Shown: piece after piece, positions 1 through 13,300 of the stretch
How the letters are laid out: each line of letters begins with the position of its first letter
Numbering within the stretch: position 1 is the first letter of the stretch
Assembly (NCBI GenBank): GCA_963823665.1
Contig: CAWGMQ010000012.1
Coordinates: 96,001 to 160,000, forward strand
Direction: 5' to 3'
Length of the DNA stretch: 64,000 bases
Source of the DNA: an uncultured Planctomycetota bacterium
GTDB taxonomy: Bacteria > Planctomycetota > Planctomycetia > Isosphaerales > Isosphaeraceae
Position numbers and translations under genes: made by a program
The notes under the pieces: model-generated
The model's input: the letters and a program-made list of their open reading frames with translations, nothing else
What the model was told of the DNA's origin: nothing
Databases searched by the model: none

Positions 1-3000
1 CGGCCGTCGGGAAAGAACTTGACGTCGTTGACGCGCATCGTGTGCCCGGACAGGTTGCCGACCTGGCGCCGGGTCGCGACGTCCCAGAGGAAAATCGCAC
101 CGTCGCGGCTGGCCGAGGCCAACCGCGCGCCATTCGGCGTGAAGGCGACCGAATGAACCGCCCCAACATGCCCACGCAGGGTCGCGACCTCCCCACCGCG
201 CCCCATGTCCCAGAGCCGGACCGTGTCATCATCGGATCCGGAAGCGAGCAATTCACCCGTCGGGTTGAAGGCAAGGCAAAAGACTTGACCCTGATGGCCC
301 TCGAATGATGCCCGTTCTGACCCTGCCGCGAGGTCCCAGATCTTGATCGTCTCGTCGCCGCTCGCGGTGGCGAGGATGTCGCCCTCGGGCGAGACGGCCA
401 CGGCACGGACGTAGTCGGCGTGGCCTCGGAGGACAGACTGAATCTGCCCGGTCGAAAGGTCCCAGGTGACCACTCGCCCCGGCTCTCCCTGCATGCCTTT
501 TCCTGCGATCATGAACCGCGTGTCCGGTGTGAGCGCGAGGGACCAGCAGACCCGCGGAGGTTGGTCGGTTTGGGCAAGGACAAGCCGCTCGCGTCCGGTC
601 ATCGCGTCGTACAATCGGATCGACTCTTGATTGAAGGCCACCGCGAGCGTAAGACCGTCGGGAAAAAAGACCAGCGATTGGATCGGGTGGCCTTTGCGGC
701 GGGGCAGTCGAATCCGAACGGCACCCGACCGTGCATCAAAGATCTCGACCGAGCCGTCGCTGCTCCCCGCCGCGAACGAACGCCCGTCGGGCGCGACCGA
801 AACGCAAAAGGGCATATCCTGGGATTCAGCGAAACTGATGGAATCCGGCCCAGGCCCCTCGGCGATCGTTGTGCCAACTCGATGATTCCTCCAGGCCGCC
901 ACGGGTCGCCGACTCTTGGTGTCCCATAGGCGCACTGTGCCGTCTTCTCCTCCGCTGGCGAGTATCCTCCCGTCACGTGAATAAGCCAGCGAACGTGCTG
1001 GACCCAGATGAGCGGTGGGGATCTTCTGCACGTCACCCGTGGCAAGCTCCCATAGCCGGATCTCGTCGTCGCATGTGAACGCAAGAATCCGGCCATCGGG
1101 CGAGAACGCGGGAACGACGTTCGCCGGCAAGCTCGATTGACGGGCCAGCTCCCGGCCCGCGGCCGTGTCCCAGAGCCGAAGTGTCCCGTCCAGGCTCGAG
1201 GTCGCGAGACGATGATCCACCGGCGAAAAACACAGTTTCCTGTTCCACCGGCTGTGACCCGCGAGGACACGCTCGACCCGAAGCTCGGCTGCGTCCCAGA
1301 TTCGGACCCCGAAATCTGGCCCGCCGGCTTCCGCCAGAGTCTTGCCGTCGGGGGCGTACGCGAGCGACCAGATCGCGGCGGCTGACGGTGAATCGCTGGC
1401 TTCGACCGAGTTGGTCACGAGATCGAGGGTACGCATCTGGGCGGTCTGAGTTTTCGGGTGAGCGGCGCCTGAGAAGAACGCCAGAGTCCGGCCGTCCGGC
1501 GCGAGTGCCAGAGACAGTATCGCCCCTTGATCCCGCCATAAGATCCCCTTGGCGCGATGAGCCCGCACGTCCCAGCGCCGAAGCGAGCCGTCGAAGCTGC
1601 CGCTGCAAAGCTCGCGGCCATCGGGCGAGAACGCCAGATCGGACACCGCGCGCTCGTGGCCTCGCAGCGTAGCCTCCTCGCTCCAGTCCGCTACCGACCA
1701 GAGTTTGATCGTATGGTCATCGCTGGCTGTTGCCAGTACCAGGCCGTCCGGCGAGAACGCCAGGTTCATGATCTTTCCGTGGTGGCCGCGCAGCGTGAGA
1801 TCGCGGTCGCAGAGTTTCCACAAGTAGTCCCATTCAAACCCCCGCAGGTCCGAGTCTCCCGGTCGCGGCGTTTGTTCAATCAGGAATTGCCGCGCCTGCT
1901 CGACGTGGGACGATTGCCAGGCATCGTAAGCACGCCCGACCCCGACGGCATAAAGGTGCCGCCGCATACTCTCGGCCTCACGTCGGAGTACTTCCGCGTG
2001 TTGACGGGATACGAGCACCGACACTCGTGCGTGTCGCCTCTCCCGCTCGACCTGCCAGACCCAGCTCGCGGCCAGCCCGAGCGCCGAAGCCGTGCACAAG
2101 GCCAAGAGCGCGGCCGTCGCCGGCCGCCGCCGCACCCATCGGGCCACCCGCTCCCGCGTTGAGATCGGTCGTGCCAGGATCGGCTCACCCGCAAGGTATC
2201 TTCTGAGGTCAAGAGCCAGCGCGGCGGCCCCGGCGTATCGCTCCGTGGGAGATTTCCGCAGACACTTCAGGCAGATCGTCTCCAGGTCGCGCGGAATGGT
2301 GTCGTCGAGCCGCCGCGGCGGACGCGGGTCTTCGTCCACTATGCGCACCAGCAGCATCTGCGGCGCACCGACGAAAGGTCGCGTGCCGGTCAACATTTCG
2401 TAAAGGATGACCCCCAGCGCGTAGACATCGGCCCGCGCATCGACTTTTTTCGTCTGCCCCTGCGCCTGCTCGGGAGCCATGTAGGCCGGCGTTCCGAGTA
2501 ACTGGCCCTCGATCGTCAGGGTGGCCGCGCCGGCATCGTTCCTGGCCAGACCGAAGTCCGTCAGAAAGGCTCGCCCGTCGCCGTCGATCAGGACGTTCGA
2601 AGGTTTCACGTCGCGGTGGATCACGCCGAGACCATGGGCATGCTCGAGCGCCTCGGCCAGCGACGCGACCAACCCGGCGGCCTGGCGAAACGGGAAGCGT
2701 CGCTCCGCCAGCACCTCGGCGAGGTTTTGCCCCTCCACCAGCGAGCTGACCAGGAATGGCACTCCATCGACCTGGCCGACGTCGTGCACCGACACGATGT
2801 GCGGGTGCTTGAGCCCGGCCGCGCTGCGGGCTTCGCGCAGGAATCGATCGACCGCCCCAGCCCCTTCGAGCGCCCCGGCCCGAGGCCGCTTAAGAGCCAC
2901 CACGCGCAACAGCTCGGTGTCCCACGCACGGTAGACCAGGCCGAAGGCCCCTTGTCCGATCACGTCCTGAAGCTCGTACCGGCCGATACGGCCCGGCGAC

Positions 3001-3368
3001 TCCGCGGGAGGGCCGTTTTTCCCGGGGTTGCTTGAGCCTTCCGGCAGCTCCGGCGCCATGCGCCGGCGCAACGCCGACTCGGCCGCCGCCAGCTCGTCGA
3101 GGGCGCGGGGATCATCGGCGATCTCGGGAAAGCGCTCGAGGTACGCAGCCAGGCTGAAGGACTCGCCGGTCTTGATCCGGAATTCCATCTCCTCGTGGAT
3201 CAGCTCACAGAGAGCGGCTCCGCGGTTTCCATTCGCCCGGGCCACAAACGCTTCGAGCGCGGGCTGCTCGTCACGGTCGACGGCTTGCCTGTAGGCGCGG
3301 ACGATCTCCTGCACTCCTTCCCAATCGGCGCTCTCCAGTTCGCGTGCGGTCCGTTCCTGCGAAGGCAT
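1..3368 (-). CDS. Hanks-type Ser/Thr protein kinase with C-terminal WD40 repeats (3' end runs off the window)
   Basis: Manual minus-strand translation from ATG 3368 (preceded by GAGGA): MPSQERTARELESADW...IGRYELQDVIGQGAFGLVY...VALK...IHRDVKPSN...TDFGLA...GTPAYMAPEQ, then WD40-like repeats. Missing from the ORF track because there is no stop in the window; only partly translated by hand. Confidence 0.9.
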   Translation of the reverse strand, partial: MPSQERTARELESADWEGVQEIVRAYRQAVDRDEQPALEAFVARANGNRGAALCELIHEEMEFRIKTGESFSLAAYLERFPEIADDPRALDELAAAESALRRRMAPELPEGSSNPGKNGPPAESPGRIGRYELQDVIGQGAFGLVYRAWDTELLRVVALKRPRAGALEGAGAVDRFLREARSAAGLKHPHIVSVHDVGQVDGVPFLVSSLVEGQNLAEVLAERRFPFRQAAGLVASLAEALEHAHGLGVIHRDVKPSNVLIDGDGRAFLTDFGLARNDAGAATLTIEGQLLGTPAYMAPEQAQGQTKKVDARADVYALGVILYEMLTGTRPFVGAPQMLLVRIVDEDPRPPRRLDDTIPRDLETICLKCLRKSPTERYAGAAALALDLRRYLAGEPILARPISTRERVARWVRRRPATAALLALCTASALGLAASWVWQVERERRHARVSVLVSRQHAEVLRREAESMRRHLYAVGVGRAYDAWQSSHVEQARQFLIEQTPRPGDSDLRGFEWDYLWKLCDRDLTLRGHHGKIMNLAFSPDGLVLATASDDHTIKLWSVADWSEEATLRGHERAVSDLAFSPDGRELCSGSFDGSLRRWDVRAHRAKGILWRDQGAILSLALAPDGRTLAFFSGAAHPKTQTAQMRTLDLVTNSVEASDSPSAAAIWSLAYAPDGKTLAEAGGPDFGVRIWDAAELRVERVLAGHSRWNRKLCFSPVDHRLATSSLDGTLRLWDTAAGRELARQSSLPANVVPAFSPDGRILAFTCDDEIRLWELATGDVQKIPTAHLGPARSLAYSRDGRILASGGEDGTVRLWDTKSRRPVAAWRNHRVGTTIAEGPGPDSISFAESQDMPFCVSVAPDGRSFAAGSSDGSVEIFDARSGAVRIRLPRRKGHPIQSLVFFPDGLTLAVAFNQESIRLYDAMTGRERLVLAQTDQPPRVCWSLALTPDTRFMIAGKGMQGEPGRVVTWDLSTGQIQSVLRGHADYVRAVAVSPEGDILATASGDETIKIWDLAAGSERASFEGHQGQVFCLAFNPTGELLASGSDDDTVRLWDMGRGGEVATLRGHVGAVHSVAFTPNGARLASASRDGAIFLWDVATRRQVGNLSGHTMRVNDVKFFPDG

Positions 3369-3380
3369 CGCGCGGTCCTC

Positions 3381-4073
3381 TTACGTTGCACAGCTCGGTC
3401 GCGGCCTACGTCGAGCCCGGTTTTTTTCGGCGCGGCCCCGGGGGTGAAGACGCGATCTAATCCGCTGTTCTCGTTCCTTGCCAGCCGGTCTCCTGGGAAT
3501 CGCCCAATCGTTCGAGTCGGCGCTGCGCCGCTGGCGCACGCGGCGGACTGTACGCTCCGAGCAGCCGAGCTGCGCCGCCACCTCCTGGGCCGTGTAGCCC
3601 ATCAGGATTTGCTCGACGATGGGCCGGTCATCCGGCGACATGGCCTGGAACAACGTCACGACGGTGTCGTTGAGGATCGCCGCTTCGTCCGGCGTCGGGG
3701 TCCGATCAAGAAGGTAGGACGGGTCGTCATCGCCGCCCGGCCAGCCGACGTCGCGGCCGGCGTCGCGCCGGGCCGCGCGGAGATGCCTGAGCCGCTTGGC
3801 GCATTTACGCAACGTGATCATGGCCAGCACCGACCAGAGTTCGCTCCAGTCGTCCACCTGGAACTCCCCACGCCGGTTGCGAAGGAAGAAGCTCTTGCAG
3901 GCCGAGAGGACGACGAGCTCGACGTCCGCCCGGTCGCGCAGGCTCGCGTCGAACTGGCGGGCGGCCAGGGCGATCAGACGGCGAACGTACTGCTCGAACA
4001 ATGCCGTCTCGGCCGCGCCGTCACCTGCTCGCACTCGCCGCATTACCTCGTCGAACGTTGCGTCGAAATCCAT
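3381..4073 (-). CDS. ECF-type RNA polymerase sigma factor (planctomycete kinase-associated type)
   Basis: MDFDATFDEVMRRVRAGDGAAETALFEQYVRRLIALAARQF...ELVVLSACKSFF...region-4 HTH GYTAQEVAAQLGCSERTVRR; lies directly upstream of the kinase. A likely 1-nt loss near 3528 would give the more typical end RQRAQRRLERL...TAD* at 3457. Confidence 0.88.
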   Translation of the reverse strand: MDFDATFDEVMRRVRAGDGAAETALFEQYVRRLIALAARQFDASLRDRADVELVVLSACKSFFLRNRRGEFQVDDWSELWSVLAMITLRKCAKRLRHLRAARRDAGRDVGWPGGDDDPSYLLDRTPTPDEAAILNDTVVTLFQAMSPDDRPIVEQILMGYTAQEVAAQLGCSERTVRRVRQRRSADSNDWAIPRRPAGKEREQRIRSRLHPRGRAEKNRARRRPRPSCAT

Positions 4074-4305
4074 GACTGGCTCATCCACATCGATCGTCGC
4101 CCAACCGGTCACGCACATCCATCCACCAAGAGGGACATTCTCGGCGACATCGCGAGTGATTTCAAGCATGGATCGGAGCCGATCTGCACAATCCTTGCGC
4201 CTGAGGCGATTCGCCAACTTTTTTGGCCGTCGCTGGAGACGTTTGGGGAGCTACCAGATAGGGGATGTCAGATTCTCAGGCCAATTCGACCAGGAGCCCG
4301 CAACA

Positions 4306-7300
4306 ATGACGCACCGCACTCGCGCCACGCGACCGAAGAGGCGGATGCCGACGAAGCGAGGGCCCTCCCTTGAGATACTGGAGCAGCGCGAGCTTCTCGC
4401 TTCCATGATTTATGACCTGGGCACACTCGGCGGAAGCACGAGTCAGGCCAACGCCATCAACGACCTCGGACAGGTAGTCGGTACTTCGCAAACAGCAACT
4501 GGATCGGAAGATGCGTTCATATGGAACAACAGCGTACAGGGAATACAGCCGCTCGCGGTCCCGTCTAGCTTCCTCGAAAGTACGGCCACGGGAATAAACA
4601 ACTCGGGCCAGGTGGCCGTGACTGTTTACACAAATACGCCCGGGGATGGGAACGCCTACCTGGATAGCTCGGGTATGTGGACCAACCTCGGCACCTTCCA
4701 GGGCGGAACGACCGCTGGGGCCAACGCAATCAACAACTCCGGACAGGTGGTCGGCGAAGCCGCTGTCGGAGCCGTCGCGCAGGCTTTCCTGTACAGCGGC
4801 GGTTCCTTGATGGGCCTCGGCACACTACCTGGCAGTATCTCCGTAGCCACAGGCATCAACAATAATGGACAGGTGGTCGGCGACTCGGGCACGAGCGCTT
4901 TCAGCGGTGGCACGATGAACACGCTGAAGTCGTTTCTCGCGACCGTCGCCAGGACTACGGCTTTGGGCATCAACGACTCCGGAGAGATTGTCGGACAAAC
5001 AGTCGGTCTAGGACCCAGCGGCGGGATCCAGAATGTTCTTCAAGAAGACGCCTTTCTCTACTCCGACGGGGGGATGACCAACCTCGGGCCCGGCGTTGCC
5101 GATGGCATCAACAACATGGGGCAGGTGGTCGGCACAAATGGTTCTTATCCGGTACTCTGGGAGAATGGAGATCCGATCGCCCTCGGTACGTTCCTGCCGC
5201 CGAATTCGGGTTGGACCCTGAGCACGGCGACGGCCATCAATAATGAGGGGCAGGTCGTCGGTGTCGGTACGATCAACGGTCAAACCCACGCGTACTTGCT
5301 CGACATCGACCAGACTTCCCAGGCGTTCACGGTCTCGAATTTGAACGATTCAGGCCCCGGATCGTTGCGCGACGCGATCGACCAGGCCAATGATTTTGTG
5401 TCATCTATTGGAAGAGCTCTCATCACGTTTTCGACCAGCATTGACTTTGGCACGATCTCGCTTCAATCTCCGCTGCCGGCGATCACTCGCGATGATGTCA
5501 CGATCGACGGCCCGCTCACCCTGGACGCCGTCTCGGGGGACGGTCTCGACCTCGACGCGCCTGGAGACATCGTCCAGGGCTTGACCATCACCGGGTTCAG
5601 CGGTTCGGGGATCGTTGTCAATGGTGGCGACGCACTCATCACGGGTAACACCATCACCGGCAACGGAGAATATGGCATCGACGTTGAGTCGTCGGGAAAC
5701 ACCATTGGCGCCGCCTCGACTCAGGGCATCGGTCCGTCCTTCGGAGGCAACCTGCTCTCCGGCAACGGCTACTCGGGAATCCTGGTCTTCAGTTCGGCCG
5801 GAAACGTCATTGAAGGCAACCTGATCGGCACCGACGCTACCGGCACGGTCGCGCAGGGCAACACCGACGGGGGAGTGTACCTTTGGAACGCCGCTGGCAA
5901 CACCATCGGGGGCACCTCCCCGGCGGCGAGAAATATCATCTCCGGCAACGCCTCCGCCGCCTACGCCGGAGTTAATGTCTACGAGTCGCTGGGCAACGTT
6001 GTTGAAGGCAATTATATCGGCACCGATATCAGCGGTTCCGTTGCGCTGGGCAACCTGAACGGCGTTGATATCTCCAACGGTTCCGCGGCAAACACGATCG
6101 GCGGCGCGACGAGCGGATCCGGCAATATGATCTCGGGTAATGCCGGCTACGGCGTCTTCATTACGGGGGTATCCGAGAACCTCGTCGCGGGGAACCTGAT
6201 CGGCACCGATGCCACGGGGAAGTTGGCCCTGGGCAACGCAAGCGGAGGAGTTTACATCACTGGTTCCGGCGGCAATACCGTCGGGGGCACGGCGGCGACA
6301 GCCAGGAACGTGATCGCGGCCAGCAGCGCAGCTCCTGCGGCGGACAATGATGGGCTCGGCGACGCGGGTGTCCTGATTTCCGGGTCAACCAGCAATGTCG
6401 TCGCCGGCAACTATATCGGCACCGATGTCACCGGTTCGGTCGCGCTTGGCAACTGGGTCGGCGTCGAGATCGATTCCGGATCCGGCACGGTCGGCGGCGC
6501 GAATATCGTCGCCGGGAACCTCATCTCGGGCAACAACTCGACCGGGTTGGTAATGGGTTCCAACGACGACCTCGCGCAGGGCAACTTGATTGGCACCGAT
6601 GCCACCGGTGAAAAAGGACTGGGCAACGCCTTGGACGGCATCGACGCTGGGGGCCAGTCCAACACGATCGGGGGCACGAGCGCAGGCGCAGGCAACATCG
6701 TCTCCGCCAATCAGGGTTATGGCATTGAGCTATCCGCGACAGACGATCTCGTCGCGGGGAATTTCATCGGCACCGATGCCACCGGCGAATCCGCGCTGGG
6801 CAACGCTGATGGCATCTTGGACTACGGCGTGTCCAACACGCTCGGGGGCACGGTTGCCGGCGCACGAAACATCATATCGGGGAATCTCAATTATGGCATA
6901 GAACTCGATGCGACTGACGAACTCGTCGAGGGGAATTACATCGGAACCGATGGCACGGGTGAAACCGCTGTGATGAATGGGTCAATAATTATTACAGATG
7001 TGAATAATAGTGTTAGCGTTATTGAAAATGATGGCACGGGAGTGTTTATCGGTTTCGCTTCAACGGACTGCACGGTCGGAGGTACGACAGCCGGCGCTCG
7101 CAATCTCATCTCGGGCAACATGATCGCCGGCGTGGTCATGGAGGAAGACTCGAGTGATCTGATCGAGGGGAATTACATCGGCACCGATGTTACTGGTACC
7201 GTGGCGCTGGGTAACGGTTCCTTCTCCTTCCCGAACTTCAACGAGTACGTCAACGATCCCCGGGAGCTGGACTTTGCCCACGTAGCGGGCGGTGTCGTTG

Positions 7301-10300
7301 TCTGCAGCGGCGTCACGTCGGACACGATCGGCGGCACGACCGCCGGCGCCGGCAATCTCATCTCGGGCAACGCCGGCGATGGCGTCAACATCTCCGATGG
7401 AGGCACTTTCTTTTCGGAACTTACGAGTCAGATCGTCGTCGAGGGCAACTTGATCGGCACCGATGCCAACGGTACGGCTCCCCTTCCAAATACAGGATCT
7501 GGCGTTGACATCGTGGATGGTTCCCAATCCAACACAATCGGCGGCACGACGTCAGGCGCCGGAAATATCATTGCGTTCAACATGCTTAACGGTGTCACAG
7601 TCGGTAACTCTTCCTTTTTCGATCCCACCCCTGACATGACCGCTGGCAACTCCATCCTGGAAAACTCGATCTTCTCCAACGGAGTACCCTCCGCCGATCA
7701 GGGACCCTTTGACATGCAGGGGATCGGGATCGACCTGGGCGGCAACGGCGTTACGCAAAATGGTTCAATGGGCGACGTCGGCCCGAATCTTTACCAGGTC
7801 TTCCCCGACCTGGGCAGCGTCTTCACTTCCGACGGAGTCACGACAATCACCGGGTCACTATACGCGAACCCCAACACCACGTACCGAATCGAGTTCTTCA
7901 GCAACCCCACGGCGGACCCATCGGGCTACGGCCAGGGTAAGACCTTCCTGATGGCTACCTACGTGACAACCGATTTTTCCGGTGAAGCGGACTTTGATCT
8001 TGATACACCAAGTGGGCTACCCATCGGGCAGTTCATCACGGCGACGGCGACCGACCCCGCCGGCAATACATCCGAGTTCTCGGCCGACGTCGAGAATTTT
8101 GGACTCGATATCACCGGCATCGCAGCCATCTCCCCCAATCCACGGAACACGCCGGTGTCCGCTGTGGACGTCACCCTCGACGAATACGTCGGCCAAAGTT
8201 TCACCATCGGGGCTTTGAGCCTGACCGACAACGGCGGGCCAAACCTTATCACCAGCGCGGTGACCATCAGTATTGTATCGGGCGCGGACTCGACGTACCA
8301 GATCGGCGGAATTGCCGGCTTGACCACCGCCGAGGGGACTTACAGTCTGACAGTCGACGCGACTCAAATTGACTCTTTTGGGGATTTCGGCAACGGTTCC
8401 GTGTCCACCTCATGGCTGATGGACACCACGCCGCCGACCAGCACCGTGAACGCGCTGCCTTCGACGACTACAGCCACGACTTTCACGGTCTCAGCCACCG
8501 GCAGCGACCCGACAGGATCGAACGGGAGCACGCCCTCGGGAATTGCGTCGTTCGCCATCTACACCTCGACCGACAACAGTGCTTTCACGCTCTGGACGAC
8601 CGTTACGCCCTCCAGTCCTTCGGCAATCTTCACTGGGCAGGCGGACCACACCTACGGCTTCTACAGCGTGGCGACCGATAACGCAGGGAACGTCCAGGCA
8701 ACTCCGGTCACTGCCCAGGCGACCGTTGAGATCCTCCCAGGCTACATCGTCAACGACTCGGGCGACGCGCCGCTCGACACAGCCATCGGTCCGGGCGAGA
8801 CCGCCACCGGCACGATCACCCTCCGTTCAGCGATCGAACAAGTCAACATCGACGGCGGCGGATCGATCACCTTTGCCAAGGCAATGACGATCTCGATCGG
8901 CTCGCAGCTCGAGCCCATCACGGCGAACGGAGTGACGATCAACGGCGGCACGGTCGGCTCGGTGATCCTGCAGGGTGGTCCTGGATACAGCGGCCTCGTG
9001 ATCCAGGGCGGCGGTGCCACGATTGAAAACCTGGTCGTCGACGACTTTCAAGTTCTGGGGATCAACACCCAGATCGCGGGGATCTACCTCGAATCGGCCA
9101 ACAATGTGATCGAATCCGATTACATTGGGACCGACGCCTCGGGCTCCCTGGCCGCCGGCAACTACAATGGGATCCTTGACGTAACCGGCAATAACACAAT
9201 CGAAAAGGATGTCATTTCCGGCAACACGAATACGGGGATCCTGCTCAACGGTGGTTCCGGCGATCAGGTGCACGGCAACCTGATTGGCACGGATGCCAGC
9301 GGTCTCAAACGCGTGGGCAACCCGGTCGGCGTGGCGATTCAAGGCGGTTCCGCGTCGAACACGATCGACGGCAACGTCATCTCGGGCAATAACACCTACG
9401 GCATCGACATCGACGGTACAGGGACGAGCCAGAACGTCGTCGTGAGTAATTGGATCGGCATTGAAGCCAACGGTGCCACAGCCCTGTCCAATGGAATCGG
9501 CATCACGATTTCCGGCGGTTCCACGGCGAACACGATCGGCGCCACGATCGCCGGTGTCGGCAACGTCATCTCGGGAAATGCCACCGTTGGCGTCGAAATC
9601 AGCGATCAAGGGACGAGCCAGAACCTCGTCGCGGGTAATTTCATCGGCACGGATACCAGCGGTCTCAAACGCCTGGGCAACCAGGTCGGCGTGGCGATTC
9701 AAAGCGGTTCCGCGTCGAACACAATTGGGGGCGCGAATGCGGGCGCTGCCAACGTCATTTCGGGGAACTCTGGCACCGGCATTCAGATTTCCGGCGCGTC
9801 GAGCAACCTCGTCGAGGGCAATTTCATCGGCACCGGCGTCGGGGGTGAAACCGCGGTGGGCAACCAAGTTGGCGTGGCGATCTCGAACGGTTCCGTGTCG
9901 AACTCGATCGGCGGCGCGATCAACGTCATCTCGGGCAATAGCAAGGACGGCGTCGACATCGACGGAACAGGAACGAGCCAGAACGTCGTCGTGTCGGCTT
10001 GGATCGGCATTGATCGCAAGGGTACCACAGCCCTGCCCAATGGAATCGGAGTCGCGGTATTCGGTGGCGCCACGGCGAACACAATTGGCGCCACGATCTC
10101 CGGCGTCGGCAACGTCATCTCGGGCAATGCCAGCGTTGGCGTCGAAATCAGCGATCAAGGGACGAGCCAGAACCTCGTCGCGGGTAATTTCATCGGCACG
10201 GACACCAGCGGTCTCAAACGCCTGGGCAACCAGGTCGGCGTGGCGATTCAAAGCGGTTCCGCGTCGAACACGATCGAAGGCAATGTCATCTCGGGCAATA

Positions 10301-13300
10301 CCACCTACGGCATCGACATCGACGGTAAAGGGACCAGCCAGAACGTCGTGGCGAGTAGTTGGATTGGCATTGAAGCCAACGGTACCACAGCCCTCTCCAA
10401 TGGTATCGGCATCGCGGTTTTCGGCGGTTCCACGGCGAACACGATCGGCGCCACGATTGCCGGCACCGGCAACGTCATCTCGGGAAATGCCACCGTTGGT
10501 ATCGAAATCAGCGATCAAGGGACGAGCCAGAACCTCGTTGCGGGCAACTACATCGGCACAGATACCGGCGGCGAGACCGCGCGGGGCAACCAAATTGGCG
10601 TGGCGATTCAAAGCGGTTCCGCGTCGAACACGATCGGCGGAACGATCACGGGCGCCCGCAACGTGATCTCGGGCAACAGCATGGACGGCATCGACATCGA
10701 CGGTACAGGGACGAGCCAGAACGTCGTCTCGGGTAATTTCATCGGCACTGGCGTCAACGGTACCACAGCCTCGACCAATCAAACCGGCATCGCGCTTACC
10801 GGCGGTTCCACGGCGAACACGATCGGCGGATCCGCCTCGGCCGCGCGCAACATCATTTCGGGTGATGCGTTCGCGGGCGTCTGGATCGATGGCCAGGGTA
10901 CGGATAGCAACGTCGTCGCGGGAAACTGGATCGGCGTCACGGTCAGCGGCGACACTGCCCTTCCCGATGGCAAATCCTCTGAATACGAGTACTTCGGGAC
11001 GATCTCCGGCGGCGTAGTGATCGACAGCGGCGCTTCAGGCAACCGCATCGGTACCGACGGCACCAGCGAGGACTCCGGCGAGGGAAACGTCATCTCGGGC
11101 AATGCCGACGACGGCATTGACATCTGGGGGAACGGGACGAGCGGAAACCTCGTCGCAGGCAATGAGATCGGCACCAATGCGGCGGGCACCATCTCCCTCG
11201 GAAATCTGGGAGAAGGCGTCTTCCTCGTGGGAGGCGCCACTGGCAACACGATTGGCGGAACAGCGGCGGGCGCCCGCAACGTCATCTCGGGCAATGGTGA
11301 CCACGGCGTTGTGATTGGCGAAGCATCGAGCAACCTCGTCGAGGGCAATTACATCGGCACCGATGTCAAGGGTTCCAACCCTCTGGGCAACCCGATCGGG
11401 GTCTTCATTTCGAGCAACTCCATGTCGAACACCATAGGCGGTGCGGTCGCCGGCGCCGGCAACGTGATCGCCTTCAACGCGGGTGCCGGGGTCATCGTGG
11501 GGAGCAGCAGCACGGATCAGGACTCCGGGAACGCTATTCTGGGGAACTCGATCTTCTCGAACACCGATCTCGGCATCGACCTGGGCGATAACGGCGTGAC
11601 GACCAATGGTGCCAGCGGCCACACTGGGCCCAACCTGTTCCAGGACTTCCCTGTGCTCACCTCCGTGGTGACGACTGACGGCATCACGACGATCATCGGG
11701 ACGCTCTCCGCGTCGGCCAGCACGACGTACCGGGTCGAGTTCTTCAGCAACCCCGCCGCCGATCCGTCGGGATACGGACAGGGGGAGAGCTATCTGACTT
11801 TTGCCAACGTGACGACCAATTCCAGCGGCACGGTGAACTTCTCCGTCCCAACGCCCAGCCCCGTGCCGGTCGGACAGTTCATCTCCGCGACGGCCACCGA
11901 CCCGGCCGGCAACACGTCCGAGTTCTCGGCCGACATCGTCGTGAGTTCTCCATCGCTCGTTCCCACCTCCATCACAGCCGTCTCCCCCAACCCGCGGAAC
12001 ACGGCTGTTTCCAGCGTGGACGTCACGTTCAGCGAGCCGGTCAATCTGAGTTCCTTCACCACCAGCACTCTCACGCTCACCGACGACGGCGGCACCAACT
12101 TAATAACCAGCGCGGTCTCCATCAGCCTAGTCTCCGGCGCGACGTATCAGATCGGCGGCTTGAACGGCCTGACCTCCGCCGAGGGGGCTTACACGCTGAC
12201 GGTGAACGCCGCCGATATCGACGACCAGTCCGGCAACCCGGGCAGCGGTTCGCTGTCGACCTCATGGCTGATGGACACGACGCCACCGACAAGCACCGTT
12301 AATGCCCTGCCGGCGCAGACAACCTCCACGAGCTTCACCGTGTCAGCAACCAGCAGCGACCCAACCGGGTCGAACGGCAGCACACCCTCAGGCGTCGCTT
12401 CAATCGCACTCTACGACTCCAAGGACGGCGGGTCCTACACACAATTCGCCAGCGTAACACCAGCAAGTCCCTCCGCCCTCTTCACCGGCCAGGCCGGTTC
12501 TCACCTACGGCTTCTACAGCATCGCAACCGACAACGCCGGCAACGTCCAGGCCACGCCCACCGCCCCCCAGCAAACCGCGCAGATCATCTCTCCTGCATC
12601 CGTGACTTCGATTGCCGCGGTCATGCCGAACCCTCGAAACACGCCAGTCTCGACCATCGCTGTCACGTTTAGCATCCCGGTCAACCCGAGCACGTTCGGC
12701 TCGAGCACGCTCACTCTGACCGACAACGGCAACCCGGTCGCGATCACCGGCGCCGTCTCTCTTAGCCTTGTCTCGGGCAGCACGTATGACATCAACGGCC
12801 TCGCTGGGCTGACCACCGCCGAAGGAACCTACAGCCTCACCGTGAACGCGGCCAGCATTTCCGACTCCTACGGCAACCCGGGCACCGGCTCGCTGTCCAC
12901 CTCCTGGCTGATGGACACGACCCGACCGACGAGTACCGTGAGCGCACTGCCGGCGCAGACAACCTCCACGAGCTTCACCGTGTCGGCGACCAGCAGCGAC
13001 CCAACCGGGTCGAACGGCAGCACACCGTCAGGGGTCGCTTCGATCGCACTCTACGACTCCAAGGACGGCGGGTCCTACACACAATTCGCCAGCGTAACAC
13101 CAGCAAGTCCCTCCGCCCTCTTCACCGGCCAGGCCGGTCACACCTACGGCTTCTACAGCATCGCAACCGACAACGCCGGCAACGTCCAGGCCACGCCCAC
13201 CGCCCCCCAGCAAACCGCGCAGATCATCTCTCCTGCATCCGTGACTTCGATTGCCGCGGTCATGCCGAACCCTCGAAACACGCCAGTCTCGACCATCGCT

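Noticed and set aside
3195..4373. 392-aa + strand ORF, and the 3796 start of the giant ORF
   Set aside because: Both overlap the ECF gene on the opposite strand; the RBS and export motif support ATG 4306.
8827..10782. 651-aa minus-strand ORF
   Set aside because: Antisense shadow of the beta-helix repeats.
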